This document shows positions 37,914 to 51,541 of a stretch of DNA of 64,000 bases, one piece after another. The first letter of the stretch is position 1. Each line of letters opens with the position of its first letter. Source of the DNA: Zygnema circumcarinatum SAG 698-1b (lineage: Eukaryota; Plantae; Zygnematophyceae); NCBI GenBank assembly GCA_037447605.1, contig CM074821.1:310001-374000 (forward strand), read 5' to 3'. Both the position numbers and the translations under genes were made by a program. A model generated the notes under the pieces. That model worked only from the letters and a program-made list of their open reading frames with translations, was not told the origin of the DNA and did not search any database.

Positions 37914-38919
37914 GGCTGCCGCCCTAAAGAAGACTCCACTCTTTCCTCCCTTGCCCCTGCACAAGGGCGAGGAAGGCCCTGCAAACGGATTCTGGTAACT
38001 GCGGCTGACTGCTGTCACCTACGGTCGTTGTCCAACCTAACCGGCAAACTGGCCGCAACGGAGCAGAGTCGGAAAGCGGTGCCGCCGATCGTACCATAAT
38101 CGGTTCTTTTGGTTCCCTAGAATCGACCGGCCCAACCGAACTGACCCGACGGTTCGGTCGAAATCGGTCCCTGGTTCCATCCTGGAACTTCTCCTGCAGG
38201 GCGCAGAAAACTGCCGAAATCCGTCATTCGTACAATGTAGGTGACAGTTGAAGTAACCGTTTCTGGCTAATCCCCTTTTAGTTTTGTCATTTTTTTTTTT
38301 TTATCATCTTTCATCAAAATGCACACGGAAGGAACAGAATTTTTTTTGAGATAGCCGGAAATTTCTTTTGGGCACGCGCCCCCCAATGGTGACCCGTTAG
38401 GTGGCAAGTGTACTTACGTGGCAAGCCATCGGGAAAGATGGTTACAGTAAAACGTTTCAGAGTGACCGCGCGTTTATTTTGTGGCCCAAATAAAATGTTT
38501 TGGTTAAAATATAGCGGTTCGATTTCCATAACTTATTGCAATTCTTGTTCTCCTTATTCCCAATTTCTGTAAACTATTACATTTCTGCTCCTCTTCCTCA
38601 GCTCCCTCTTCCAGCCCTTCACCCTTCACCTTGCTTCCCTCCTATCTCACTCTCACACATTCCACTTTTCTTGCCCTAAAATTGGACCGAAGCTCACAGC
38701 CCACCGCAGAGAGCAAGCTTTCCGCCTGCATCCATCTCCCTCCCTCCGCTCCCATTGCTCTCCCACATTCCACCTTCCCGCCGGGAGATATTCCAAAAAC
38801 CTCACATCCAAGGACATAAGCACAGGAGCAACCTCCATCCCGCCGCTGCTTCCCTGAAAGCTTCTTCCTCCCTCCCTCCCTCCCTCCCTCTTCTGCCACA
38901 GGGCCAGCCAGCGGCAGCC

Positions 38920-41900
38920 ATGGCCTCTGCCACTCCTCCCCCCACTCCTCCTCCTCCTGCCGGCGCTGCTGCGGCGATAGAGAAGGTGGTGGTGCACCCG
39001 CTGGTGCTGCTGAGCATCGTGGACCACTACACGCGCGTGGCCAAGGACACGCGCAAGCGCGTGGTGGGCGTGCTGCTGGGCGAGACTTCGCGCTCTCGCG
39101 TGGATATCACCAACAGCTATGCAGGTCAGGGAAACAAGCAAATTTGCTTGTGTCCTCGTGTGCTTATTTTGTTATTCCTTAGCGTGGAGACAGAATATGA
39201 AATTGCTCGAAATTTGAAGGTCTATTGGATGGGGATTTGGGCGGTATTTGGAGGAGGGGGGCGGAGGGAGGAGCCGGGGGAGTGCATGCTTGCAATCAGT
39301 CGATGTTTCAGGCTGTGATGTTCTATGATATGGTGATATGATATAGCGGAATTTTGAAGCCTGATGGAGGCAGATAACGCGGAGGCCGTCTGCTTTTTTT
39401 GGGATAGGGTCCATCTCAAGAAGTGCTTTTAGGGTTTGTCGGGTGTTTAGGGTTAATGTTGGCCTGATTGTAGGTTTTCTCATGTCGCACGTCCTGCAGT
39501 TCCATTTGAAGAGGATGACCGGGATCCCACCATTTGGTTTCTTGATCACAACTACCATGAGGCCATGTACGCCATGTTCAAGAAGATCAACGGTATTGAA
39601 TTGCCCTCCCAGCTCTGCTAAAAAATAGCATCATATCCAGTGCAGTACTCTGCAGGAAGGCAGGACTGCTTTGGATGGCCTTCACTCACTTTTTGAAAGT
39701 TGAAAGTGGCTTTGCGTTTTCCTCTGAGGTCAGGAAAGGTGATGAAAAGGCTCCGAACTTGTAGCTTTTCTCGTTCGGAAACGAAATCAGATTGACTGTT
39801 GTTTGGGAAAAACTACACATGCGAAGCTCCTCTATGCGTGAAGGCTCGTTAACCAGTACTTATGGAAATTCGGCGATAGTCGGATGCAGTTGATGTAGCG
39901 TGAGCCGATGTTGATCGGTTTGATCCAGCCATTTTATGTCCTCCTTTTTCCGTTGTTTTCCGGTCTTCATGCCTGAGAAGTGACCATTGTAGCTGGTTTT
40001 CGTGTGGTGGCGCAGCAAAGGAGCATGTGGTGGGGTGGTACAGCACGGGTCCCAAGTTGAGGGAAAGCGACCTTGATATTCAGGAGCTCTTTTTCGAGTG
40101 AGTTCCCTATGACCTCTCTCTCTCTCTCTCTCACACTCTCTTTCCCGGTGCAAAATGGGGTTTCTGGAATTTGTGTGCATGCGAGAGTGGCTCCTCCATT
40201 GTATGATTCTGGAGTTTTACATGTATTGAGTAAAGAAAAATAAGCAACCTCGTACTTCTTTCTTTTATGAATTAAGTTGTATTGAGGTCACTCGATTCGT
40301 GGCAGCCTCTATGAAAGCCATGGGAGAATAGAGTCTGGAACGGCTAAGAGAGAAAGAGAAAGACAGAGAGAGCGAGAAAGAGAGAGAGGGGGAGGGGAGA
40401 GAGCGAGAGTGAGAGTGAGAGGCAGGGGGAGGGGGAGAGTGAGTGTGAGAGGGGGCCGGAGTAGGATGGCTAAGCACGAAGTGTGGAAGAACTTGCATGA
40501 GATTTGGATATGCTTCTGGTATCATGCTCCATCCATTTCCATCCTCTGCAGAAACGGACTGATGTCAGTTTTTCATGAACCATATATTCTGCAGGCGAGT
40601 AGAGGATTGAGATACGAGTGGGGTGGGTGAGGGTTGCAGTTATACAACCAATCCTGTATTGGTCATTATAGATGTGCAGCCGAAGGAGCTGGGAATCCCG
40701 ACCAAGGCCTACTGCACGATTGAGGAGGTGAAGGAGGTATTGAACTTGGCATTAGACCCTTTCCCACTTTCTCGTTTTCAGTTATAAGCGCTATTTATCT
40801 ACGTATGGTTTAACATTGAAGAAGGCACTCATTTCGATATTGTTAGACCATTGACGGTCGTGATTTTGAGATCAGAAGGGGTTTCAAATGAGGTGGAGTG
40901 TTTATCTGAATCTTTGTTCAAACGGTGAGGTGCAGGATGGGACTCAAAAAAGTCAAAAAGCATTCGTGCACATACAATCAGAGATCGGAGCATATGAAGC
41001 TGAGGAAATAGGTATGATCTAACGTTCAGAGTTCTGTAGATAATTCAAAGTTTTGTTTCTTGCATTGGTGGATGCGCTTTTCAGAGATGGTTACGGGAAG
41101 TCGCTCATTCTTATGGAGGCAGGAGCTAAATAGCTGATCAACGCAAGCTCTTTCTAGTGACTAATTGGCCAGAATAAGATCTTAAATAGGTTAAGAAAGA
41201 TTGTTGTCTTCCTGTTATGCGTACAAGAGCTGTAGGTAGATGTGCGGAAACACGATGGAAAGGAAAATCAGTTAGGCTTTCTGGTATTCCTTGTATCCAC
41301 ATATTTTTTAGTTTTTCCAATTTACCTACTTTGATGGCTAACAGGTGTGGAGCATTTGTTACGGGATGTGAAGGATTCAACCGTCAGTACACTTGCGACT
41401 GAGGTGAGCTTCTAGGGAAATGCTGTCTCTCTCCTTCAGAACTCTAAAAACTCTTTGAGAGCAGAAGTAACCCCAAAAGCTGGTAGAAAGGTTTCACTAA
41501 TTGTCGGTGTTTCGCATGTTGTCCTTCACTCCATCTATAGATGGAATTTCAGAATTAAAGTGCATAGCTGTCACCATATGGACCTTTCTGGTTTGGGTGC
41601 CAAACTTGACCAGCTGCTATCCGCAAGTGGCCTTAACGAAGAGTGTGCGATGTGAGTACTGTATGAAGAGTAGAGTTTTTAAGTTGGACCTGAAGTGTGG
41701 TTCAGGTAAGCGTGAAATTAACGGCGTTGAAGGGACTTGAATCGAGATTACGGCAAATTCGAGCATACATGGACCTTGTGGTGGATGGAAAATTACCAGT
41801 TAAGCATGAAATAATGTACCAACTTCAGGTAGCCTCTCTGTCCTTCCTGTCTCTCTTTCTGTCATTTGCACTCTTTTGCACTCTCACTCTCGTTACACAT

Positions 41901-42679
41901 TGCAATGGAAGGACTCGTTTACGTCTTATTGTCAGGCTAAGCCACAAATGATTTAGATTTGATGCTGATGGGATTTGTGGGCTGGGCAGGATGTATTCAA
42001 TCTCCTTCCTAATTTGAATGTGCAAGAGTTGGTGAAATCGTTCGCAGGTACATGCATATGCATGCACTTCGTCCGGGGGCTCCTCATGCTTTACGAAGGA
42101 TGCTTGCAGTATCTTATGTTGATTGTGGAGGATTTGCATGTTCTCGAAATTTAAGTTACTATGAGTTGCTTTCTTGGAATCGTTCGTGCAGTGTAATTGG
42201 ACAATTCAATTTTCACTCTGTTTATATGACGGTGTATTAGTCATAGTATGTTATGATGTTTGTCCTTTCCAATGTGGGCTGACATGTTATGGGTACTTGG
42301 CAGTGAAAACGAATGACATGATGCTGGCCATATACCTCGCTTCTCTCATCCGGAGCATCGTCGCCCTACATACACTGATAAATAATAGGGTATGGTGGTG
42401 ACCCTTGTCTTTTCGCATGCATGCAGTTTGTCGTAGAGAAGGGAGAAGAAGGGAAGGAGAAAGAGGAGGGCAAGGGAGGGTATGGTGGTAGGAGAGGAGA
42501 GGAGAGGCGAAGAGAGTCGAGGAGGGACCGATGAAAGTGAGAGAAGCTAGAGGGAGGTACGAGGTGTGAAGCGTCTCTCTCTGTGCCTGAGCCCTCCCTC
42601 ATTTTTGTATGTACAGGTGTTGAATAAAGAGCAAGAACGCATAGTTGATGCAGCGCCAACCGTGTCAACAAAAGCCTGA
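38920..42679 (+). CDS. RPN8: 26S proteasome non-ATPase regulatory subunit 7 (MPN domain), about 10 exons
   Basis: [41 protein letters not shown] | [23 protein letters not shown] | [12 protein letters not shown] | [10 protein letters not shown] | [10 protein letters not shown] | DVFNLLPNL | [27 protein letters not shown] | VLNKEQE..*. Confidence 0.96.
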
Positions 42680-43887
42680 GGAGCAGGAAGGAGGGAGGGA
42701 GAGTGTTCGCCCTATGTGACTTTGTGGGGGTCCTGGGAGTGATGAGGGGAGGCTCTCCTTTCTGTCTGTACTCTCTGTCTACGCTTCGTTCAGAGGCTCG
42801 AAGGTGTCCCATGCTCTTCTCTGGCTGCCAATCCCATCTCGATCTCTCACTCAGCCATGGCAAGGCATGGCATGGCATGGCATGGCATGGCATTCTATGG
42901 CATGGTGGAGCCATGGCATGACTCATATTCGTTCATGTGTGCATATTGTCGTGCCCAACCAAGAAGGGACCCTAAGAACCATGAGAGCTGTAAGGACCCT
43001 CGATGCCCACTGCCAATATAATGGCGCAGCTGGCCATTGCAACGCTTGTCGTTGTTTATCGTTACAGCTGTCACACTTTTGAATGAACACAGTACAGTGT
43101 ACAGTCTGGTCAAGGAAAGCTCTGATCCGTTTCGACCAATGTGTAGGGTCCTTTGTTTTGTCATTTTGTCTCTCTCTTTGTCCAATGCCACTTGTGTTAA
43201 GAGTGATGGACAAGAAAGCATGCACCGACTTCATAGGGCTTCACAAGATACAGCAATGCGCGAATTCTTTAAGGCAATCCTTTAAAAACCATTTCGATGT
43301 TTTTGCTGAATAGGAGAAAATGGGGTAACCAAGTGCACCAGTCATACTCCCACATTGCCATCTTCCATGTTATTAACAACTGTCAACCTAAACTTCTAAA
43401 AGCACAACACTCGCTTCCTTGAGGGTTGCTGGAAGCCTAGTGCTGGTCCCTGCCCGCATGGTGTAAGCATGCGTGCAAACTAACGCCTAGAGCGTTTGTT
43501 GTTGGGGCAAAAGGAGCAACTTGGTCTTTCATGTACAATGATGTCGCCATGGCCGTCGACAGCGTCTACAACTGTCACACTTGCTAGCTTTAACCATGCA
43601 AAAGTGCAACATGTAGTTAGTCGGTCAGTTAACGTATTGACTAAACGGTTGGTCTATTTTGTCGGTTTTGCCTCTCCGTACATGTCCGGGTTTTTTACAG
43701 TACGGACGGCTATCCCCCGAAGTCGGAACGTTAGACGATACATGATACGATATGTCGATATATCTCTATATTATTGTCAATAAACCGATATTTTATACGA
43801 TACGCTACGAGACGTCACGGCCCTCCGAAAAAAGGTCCAACGGCTCTTTCCATTCAAAATTCCTCCACGGCTCGACTGTTTTCGTTT

Positions 43888-43890
<3 letters not shown>

Positions 43891-43962
<72 letters not shown>
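43891..43962 (+). repeat. (TC)n microsatellite upstream of the kinesin start
   Basis: About 36 perfect TC units. Confidence 0.95.
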
Positions 43963-43964
<2 letters not shown>

Positions 43965-44063
43965 CCTTCCTGGCTCCCCCCCACCCCTAGCTGCCTCCTT
44001 CCCCACCTCTCTGCCTCTCCCTCCCCTGTCCCTCTCCCTTTGGGATGAGACACGTGTCCTCCC

Positions 44064-44969
44064 ATGAACCCCCTCCTCACCCGCCCGGCGCAGAAGCGCC
44101 GCCACCCCGTAGAGGTCGTCGGTCGCTTCAAACCTCCGAAAGCGCAGAGCGCTGCCCTCATCTGCTCCCTCACTGAGAGCGGGATCACCATAAAGGCCGG
44201 AGAGCGGGAAAGATCGTATTCCCTAGACGGTGTTTCGTTTGCTTGTGAAGAGAATCTGTCGCAGTTTTACAAGAATTACGTGCATGCAAAGGTTGAAGAT
44301 GTACGAAACGGAAGCAGATGTACCATTCTTATGTATGGCTGCTCAGGGAGCGGGAAAACATACACAACATTGGGAGGAGGAGGGCCGGAGGAAGGGGTGG
44401 CGCTGCAAGCGTTACGGCAGTTGGTGGGGGAAAGTGAAAATTTAGGGTTAGGGAATTCGAAACTTGGGGCCTCTAAGAATTTCTTATCCTCTTCAGGGTT
44501 GGCTTCAAGGTTTATGGGAAGAGCGGTAGAGAGAGAGAAAGAGGGTCAGGGAAGAGAAGGTTGCTCTCTCAGCAAAAATTCTCTCTTAGTGAAAGTGCGA
44601 GTGGTAGAGGTGGAGGGAGAGAAGCTGTACGACCTTGTGAGGAAGCCGGACAATATCATTCCGGGTTTTAAGAAGGTGAGAATTAGCTTACTACCTGTTA
44701 GATTACGATTAAATTTATGATTACAGGGGGCAGGTGGTATAGGGGAAGATGGAGAGTGGAGAGAGACAGTGGAACCAGGGATGGTGGAGATGGGGGGCAT
44801 CTGAATTGGGGCAGTGAGGGAGGGAGTCGGAGAGAGAGATAGATGTTTATAGGGAGAGTGATAACGGGGAAAGCAGCAGGCTGAGAGTGAGAAAGATAGT
44901 TAGAACATTGACAAAGACAGGCAGGTGCGTGTGGTGTGGTGTGTGCTGTATTTATGTGTGAGAGAGGGT

Positions 44970-45019
<50 letters not shown>

Positions 45020-48000
45020 CAGAGAGAGAGAGAGAGACAGAGAGTGAGAGAGAGAGAGCGAGAGAGACAGAGAGAGAGAGAGAGAAGGCCTGACACGTGG
45101 CATCCTCTGACAGGCTGCCGTGGCGAAGGTGGAGACCGACATTGGGAGGAAGTGGGCGGAGGTGGAGGGCCGCGACCCCTCTCGGCTTCTCGCGGAGATG
45201 TCGGCGGTGGTCCGACGGAGGGAGACGCGCGCGACGCTGAGGAATGATGCGAGCTCGCGCAGCCACTGCATGGTGGGGATACCCCCCCCCCCTCTGGGCT
45301 CTGTCTATAGAATATCTATTGATACTATTGATTTATTGAATGATTGATTGATTGATTTTGGAGAAGGGTTCACTGTAGGAAGGTAGGCCTGGCTGGAGAA
45401 GGAGAATGTCTTTGAGTGTCTAGTTATTTATTGATTAATTGAATGGTTTATTTTGGAGGAGGGTTCAGTGTGGGAAGGTAGGCCTGGCTGGAGAAGGAGA
45501 GGAAGGAAAGAAGAGGGAAAAGCTTGAGAACCCCTGAAAGCAGTAATCTTGAAAAAAAAATTATATGGTTTCTAGGGTAGGGATTGCATGGCAGTTCTGT
45601 ATATTTTGTTTCGCTTTTCTTATTCTTACTTTTTACAAGAAAAATAAAAAAAGATATCTTATTTTTTTTTATGAGATTTGCAACAGATGATGCTGGACGT
45701 TCCGGAGGTCAATGGATGCTTGATATTGGTCGATATGGCGGGCTCTGAAAACATCGAAGAAGCCGGAACGGGAGATTGCATCGAGGGGAGAATGCAGGCA
45801 AGTTTTTACCCTTTAACTCTGTCTGTCTGCTTAAAACAAATATATAATATTACAGTAGGAATATACTGTAGTAGTTACCCTAAAAAGCCGACGAATCTCA
45901 GGCTGCCACGTGGGTCCCTTTGTCCACGTGGCGAGCTCCGATTGGGCAGTCTTGAAAGTGCAGCTCCTGTTGCAGGCAAGGCGACGCCTGCAGAAATTTA
46001 ATTTGATACTTTTTTGGGCTTTTCTGGTTCATCTCTCAAACCAATTTTTGAGGATGACGGAATTTCGGAGGTTGGTTTGGCTTCCAAGGTTTGTCCCAAA
46101 TTTTAAAAAAAAAAGTTTCGGGGGTTTTGGGAAATTAGGGTTTATCTCTCAATGAAAGGTTTTGACTGCTGTCTCCTTCCTCAAATATACGTTTTTAAGC
46201 CCTCGTAATTTCCTCCTAGTTCAAGCTACGTGGTTTTTCTCAGCCTTCCTATATTAGAAACTTGCTTTTGAAAGAGAAAAAGGAAGAGGGGGGGGGGGGG
46301 GGGGGGGGGGGGGNNNNNNNNNNGGGGGGGGTTAAGCGTATCTCCAAAATTTTCCGTTACCAGTTCTGTTCTGTCGCACGCTTCACCGTAACTGATTTTT
46401 TTTGTTTTTTCCACATGGAACCGCTGCAGACAAAGAACATAAATCGCGGGAACGAGGCCCTAAAGAGAGTGATCGACGCTTTGGCAAAGGGAAATTCGCA
46501 CGTGCCATTTCGGGAAAGCAAGTTTACTCGAATGCTGGAGGTAAAAAAAACAAATACAAAAATATACTAAAAATAATGATTTTAAATCACATTTTTAATC
46601 ATCTTTATCATAAGTTCATAACGCTTTAGGAAAGGACGTTTAATTTTCGAGGGGTTTTCTTTATTTTAAAAGTTTTTTAGAGAGTTTTGGGAAACTGCAG
46701 GTTCTTTTTTGTGGGGGGAAGGGGGGGAAGGGGGGCAGGGGTTAGTCGAGCCCCGTTAGTTTCATACTTTTTGACTTGAATGTTCATTTGATTCAGCATT
46801 TTTTTTTTTTTTTTCTGTTATGTAAGTCATCGTGAAGAGCTGTTGCATTTTGAGTGATGAAAACGAAGGAACAGCAACTTAGAGAGGGAAAGGTTTGGCG
46901 GGTAGAGGAGAGGTAGAGATCGGAAGTGACTCCTGGAGAGGGAGAGGGGAGTGAAAGCAAGAGGGGGGAAGAGAGAGGAGTAGAGAGGGTGAGGACAGGG
47001 AGAGGGGTCGAGAGGGAGGGAGGAAGGGGAAGCACTGAAGGACAGGAGAGGGATGGAGGGGGGAGGGCGGAAGGAGGGAGAGAGGGAGGGCGTGGGGGTG
47101 AGGGAGAGGGAGAGGGAGCGAGAGCGACCTATATATATATACAGAGAGAGAGAGAGAGCGAAAGAAGGGTCTCCCTCTTTCTGACCTCTCTCACCTGTAC
47201 GGCCGCAGGACTCGTTCCGGGGCAACTCCAAAGTCCTTATGGTGTTATGTGCGAGTCTTGACTCTGCTGACGTCAGCAAGACCTTCAACACCCTGGACTA
47301 TGGGGCCAAAGCCAATCGCATCGCAGCGTTGCAGCCGAGTGAGAGAGAGAGAGGGAGTGGGAGTGCGGCGGAAGCCAAAATTCTGCTGAACCAAGTGAGT
47401 CTGAGAGACAGGTGCATAGAGAGGCTGAGGGCTACCAACGAGGAGAAGGAGAGAGAGATTCTCTCTCTCCGTCAGCAGCTCATCATGAAGGAGAGAGAGA
47501 GCGATCCCAAGGCAGTGTTGGCGGGATTTGAGAGAGAGGTAGAGAGGCAGACGGTGACTCTCAAGCAGAAGAAGGCAATGGCGGAGAGAGAGGCAGCGAG
47601 GTTGAAGAGGCAGCTGGAGGAGGAGAAGAGAGAGAAGGAGAGGTTGGTGCAGGTGTTGCACATATTGAAGAGGAATAATTGGGAGGAGGAGGGAGGAGGA
47701 GGAGGAGGAGAAGGCGAAGGGAGTGAGGGGGTGGGAGGTTCCGGTGGGAGGGGAGGAGTGGAGGAGGGTTGGGACTGTGAGAAGGAGGGAGAAGGGAGTG
47801 GGGAGGTGGAGAGAGAGGGTGAGGGGAGTGGGAGTGTGTTGGCTGAGAGAAGAGTGAATAGTAGTCCTGTGATATCTGCGAAGAGAAGGAGTGGTGGAGT
47901 GGATAAGGATTTGGGTTTGAGTCAGGAAAGAGCGGGAGAGGGGAGGGGAGGAGAGGCGAGAGGGAGAGGAGGGAAGAAGAAAGGGAGAGGAGAGGGTGAG

Positions 48001-50453
48001 GGAGAGAGGGAGAGAGAGAGAGAGAGGAAGAGAGTTCTCGCTGTGGAGGAGAACGGGAGAGCACGTCTGCCGGTCATCGTTGAAGTCAGCGAATCGAAGG
48101 AGCTGGGAAGCAGAAATAGCAGTCTTAATAACAGTACGGATTTTAATAATGGAGAGGGAGAGAAGGAGGGAGAGGAATTCAACAGTTCAAAAACTCCTGT
48201 GGCGAAGGGAGTGGCCCAACTTGAGACAAAAGCAGAAATTTCGTCGAAAAAGGAAAGTGTTTCGAAAGCTGACCGAGAAGAAGGAAAGGAGGGGAGGGAG
48301 AGAGAGGGAGAGGGAGAGGGAGAGAATGGAGGGAGAGAGATTCCGGAAGTTAAACTTCGTCGGTTCCGAAGCCCTGCTTTAGTTCCGTTGGACCCGGCCA
48401 GTTTGGGCTGCAGAGTGAGTTCTATGCTGGAAAATTCGATAAAATCGAGCGTTAAAAAGGGAATTAAAGGGGCGGAAAAAGGAGAAATTCCGGAAGAAAA
48501 ACTACTTTTGAGTGAAGGAAAGAGTGGGAGTGGGAAGGAGGCTGAGAGAGGCTCCACTAGGAGGAGAAGTTCCCCCTTCAAAGAAAAAGCCTTCTCTCCT
48601 TCTCTCTCTCCTACTCTTAAGGAAGTTTTGCAGGAGGGGGTAGCTGCTGAAGTCTTATCAGGGGGAAGGGGAGTAGGAGGGGGAGAAAGGGAGAGAGACA
48701 CACTCTTGATGACTCAGTCAAAGTCCTTCTCTCCTACTCTCTCTCTTGCTCAGAAGCCCCCCTCTCCCACTCAAAACCACCTCTCTCCCACTCAAAACAA
48801 TGTCTCTCCCGCTCAGAAGTTTCCCTCTCCCGCTGCAAATCCTCTCTCTCCTCCACAAAATCCTCTCTCTCCCACCCCTCCCACTGTCCGTTCCGACTCC
48901 AAGCCCCAATTTCACTCCCTCTATCCCAGCGAGAGAGAGGTACATTCTACCTCTCACAAGCTTCAGCCCCCTCCCACTCCTCTCACTGCCACTCCCTCCT
49001 CTCTCACCTCCTCCGTCACTATCGCTTCTCCGGTTTTGACACCCATAAGGAAACTTCCCTCTCTATCTCCCTTCAAAAAAAAATCATTTTTGGGGTCAAG
49101 CTGGAGAGCTGCAAGCACTGCAGAAATTTCGGGGGAAAATTCTCCTCTGACCGGAGGTCAAACAAGAGGAGGAGAAAGCTTTTTTTTCGGATTCGGAGGG
49201 AATCGCAACGCAAATCATGGAAATTTAAGGTCAGTTTAATTTGAACCTTTTAAGTTTCTTCCCCTTTTTGCTTCCTTAATTTCTTGATCAAGCCGTCAAC
49301 CCTTTCACTGAAGAATATTTTTGAAAGAATAGGGAAAGCAGAAGAGTGGAATAATAGGAGGAGCATCAACTGAACCAATTTTTCCATTTGTTACATTGAA
49401 TTTTCCCAATAATAGAAAATAAACGAAAAATTGTTTCTTTTCCGGCTCCGTGCAGAGGTCATTCACAGCAAAAGGAGCGGTCAACCCTAACGGAACTGCC
49501 CAACATGGAGCCCCGAGAAAGCAGTTTGAGAGAGCCCGTTGCCGGCCCTCTCGCTGTGGTAGTGAAGTGGGAGGAGGGGAGGGAGGCGGGTAGGGCGGAG
49601 ATGAAGAGAGGGAGCAATTTGGCAGACCTCCGCCGCGCGCTGCAAAGGGACCTTCCGCGAACAGAGTGGGACTTCAAGTTCTGCTTGCAGGGGGTATGTC
49701 TCTCGTCTCTCTCTCTCTCTCCCCCTCTCTCTCTCTCTCGCTCTCTCTCTCTCTTTTTCTCTCGCTCTCTCGCTCTCGCTCTCGCTCTCGCTCTCTGTCT
49801 CTCTCGCCCTCTCTCTCCCTCTCTCTTTTCCTTTCTCTCTCTCTCTTTCGACCTCGACCTCTCCCGCCCTATCTCTACCTCTCTGCCAAAAAGTGGGACT
49901 TCAGGTGTCCCTCTCTCTGCCCCCCTCTCTCTCTCCCTCTTTCTCTCCCTCTTCCCCGCTCTCCTCTATCTCTCTCGCCCTTCCCCCATATATCTGTCCC
50001 ACAGTCTTCTCATCCTCTCTCACTTTCGCATGAAATTAGAGTAATATGCCTTGTCGTAACCAAGAGAAATGTGAGGGTGAGAGAGGGAGGGAGAGAGGGG
50101 TCTGACATTCCTGACACTGAGTTGCACCGCAGGAGGTAGTTCCGAAAGAAGCGAGAGGCCCTATCGATCCCTCTGAAGAAGCCAATTACAGGGTTCGATC
50201 CTTCGCCAACAGAGGGAGAGCGTCCGAATGCCTCATCTGCATCCGACCCTCTCCCTCTCTCCCACTTCGTCTCCCGCCCAGGGAGGAGGCCAATATGGGC
50301 CCTGAAATCTCCAGCCACCAAAAGACTCAAGGGGAAACCACGAATGGGGGAGAGGGGGCCTCCCTCCTGCAGAGACCGCACAGAGCCGGCTATTTCCCGA
50401 GCAGAGAGAGAGTTCGGTTCTTAGAGGAGAAGGTGAACTTAATCCATTTATAG
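44064..50453 (+). CDS. Kinesin-10A / PAKRP2-like motor protein
   Basis: PVEVVGR, P-loop [12 protein letters not shown], switch [10 protein letters not shown], switch [53 protein letters not shown]-terminal [19 protein letters not shown] domain as in plant KIN10A. Final exon ends ..KVNLIHL* (TAG 50451-50453). Confidence 0.88.
46314..46323. other. Assembly gap (10 N) inside a poly-G run in a kinesin intron
   Basis: Run of N flanked by G homopolymer. Confidence 0.98.
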
Positions 50454-51541
50454 TACTTTCTAAAGTATATGCGCAGTAGATTCTTGCTTTCTTCGATATG
50501 CACCTATCATAAGAGCTTTCGGGTGGTTTCTTTAAGCTTTTTCTTTTCTTTTTTCTGTTAATTTAAGGGAGAGCAGGGGTTTGGTGGAGTTGGGAAAGTT
50601 TAGCCGCTTATAGTGAAAGTTGAAGTAGCCCTAATTGAAGTCGATTTGACTTGAAGCACGTTTGCATGTAAGTACCACCACCGCCGGCTTTTCTCTTTTT
50701 TTCTTTTTCTAGAAGATAGTGAAAGCAGCCTCCTTTGCGGTTGGTTACTGGAGACTGGTTCCATGCAGTAGAGGATAACTGAACTGTTGAACGAGTAAAT
50801 ACAGCAGACCACCCACCATGGAAATCATCTGTGCAGCCACTCTCCCGTAGTACTGTAATAAGGAAGAGGTTCGGACTAGTAGTTTCAAACATGCGAGCTT
50901 CGAAATCGAACGAGTTTTTTTCAGCGGAATTGGTGGCAAAAATGAAATCCAAAAACAAATTCCATATAGCAACAACATGCTAAATCTGACCCCCCCCCAT
51001 AATGTCATATTGAGTGCAGTATTGGATGCTCCGTCCGCTAATTCGTTCAATTCATCAAACCCTAAAACCCCTAAACCCCTAAAAACTCTAAAAACCCTAG
51101 AAACCCTGAAAACGGTAGCATCACACGCATGTAGAATGTAAAATTTTGAGCCCATGAATTCAAGATTCATAGTTTGACCGGGTCAAAATTAGTAAGCCCA
51201 CCGGTTAAAATTCGTACTTTTCAGGTGAAAGGAGTCAGTGGGCAATTTCAGTTTCAGTCGTTAGGGGTTCCAACGGCTGGATTTGGCCAAAAACCAAACG
51301 GTCGACGGTCAACGGTCAACGGTCAAATTTCAGAGGTTTGACTTTTCAATTTCGTACGGTTGACTGAAAGAATCCAGGGAGGTCCTGAAGCCAATTTCGC
51401 AGTGGCTTACAAATTCTGATTTTCTTTTTTTGAAAATTTGAAGTTTGGAAGTTTCAATCAAGACTGTCCAAAAATGAAAAAAAAATTGCATATCTGCACT
51501 TCGATGCATGCCTTACTTTATTTATTTATTTTTTTAATTTT

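Noticed and set aside
50192-50201. tRNA T-loop-like GGTTCGATCC
   Set aside because: It lies within the last kinesin exon and has no cloverleaf context.
50608-51170. Minus-strand ORFs of 116 and 141 aa
   Set aside because: No recognisable domain, partly encoded by the degenerate telo-box run, and no consistent splice model.
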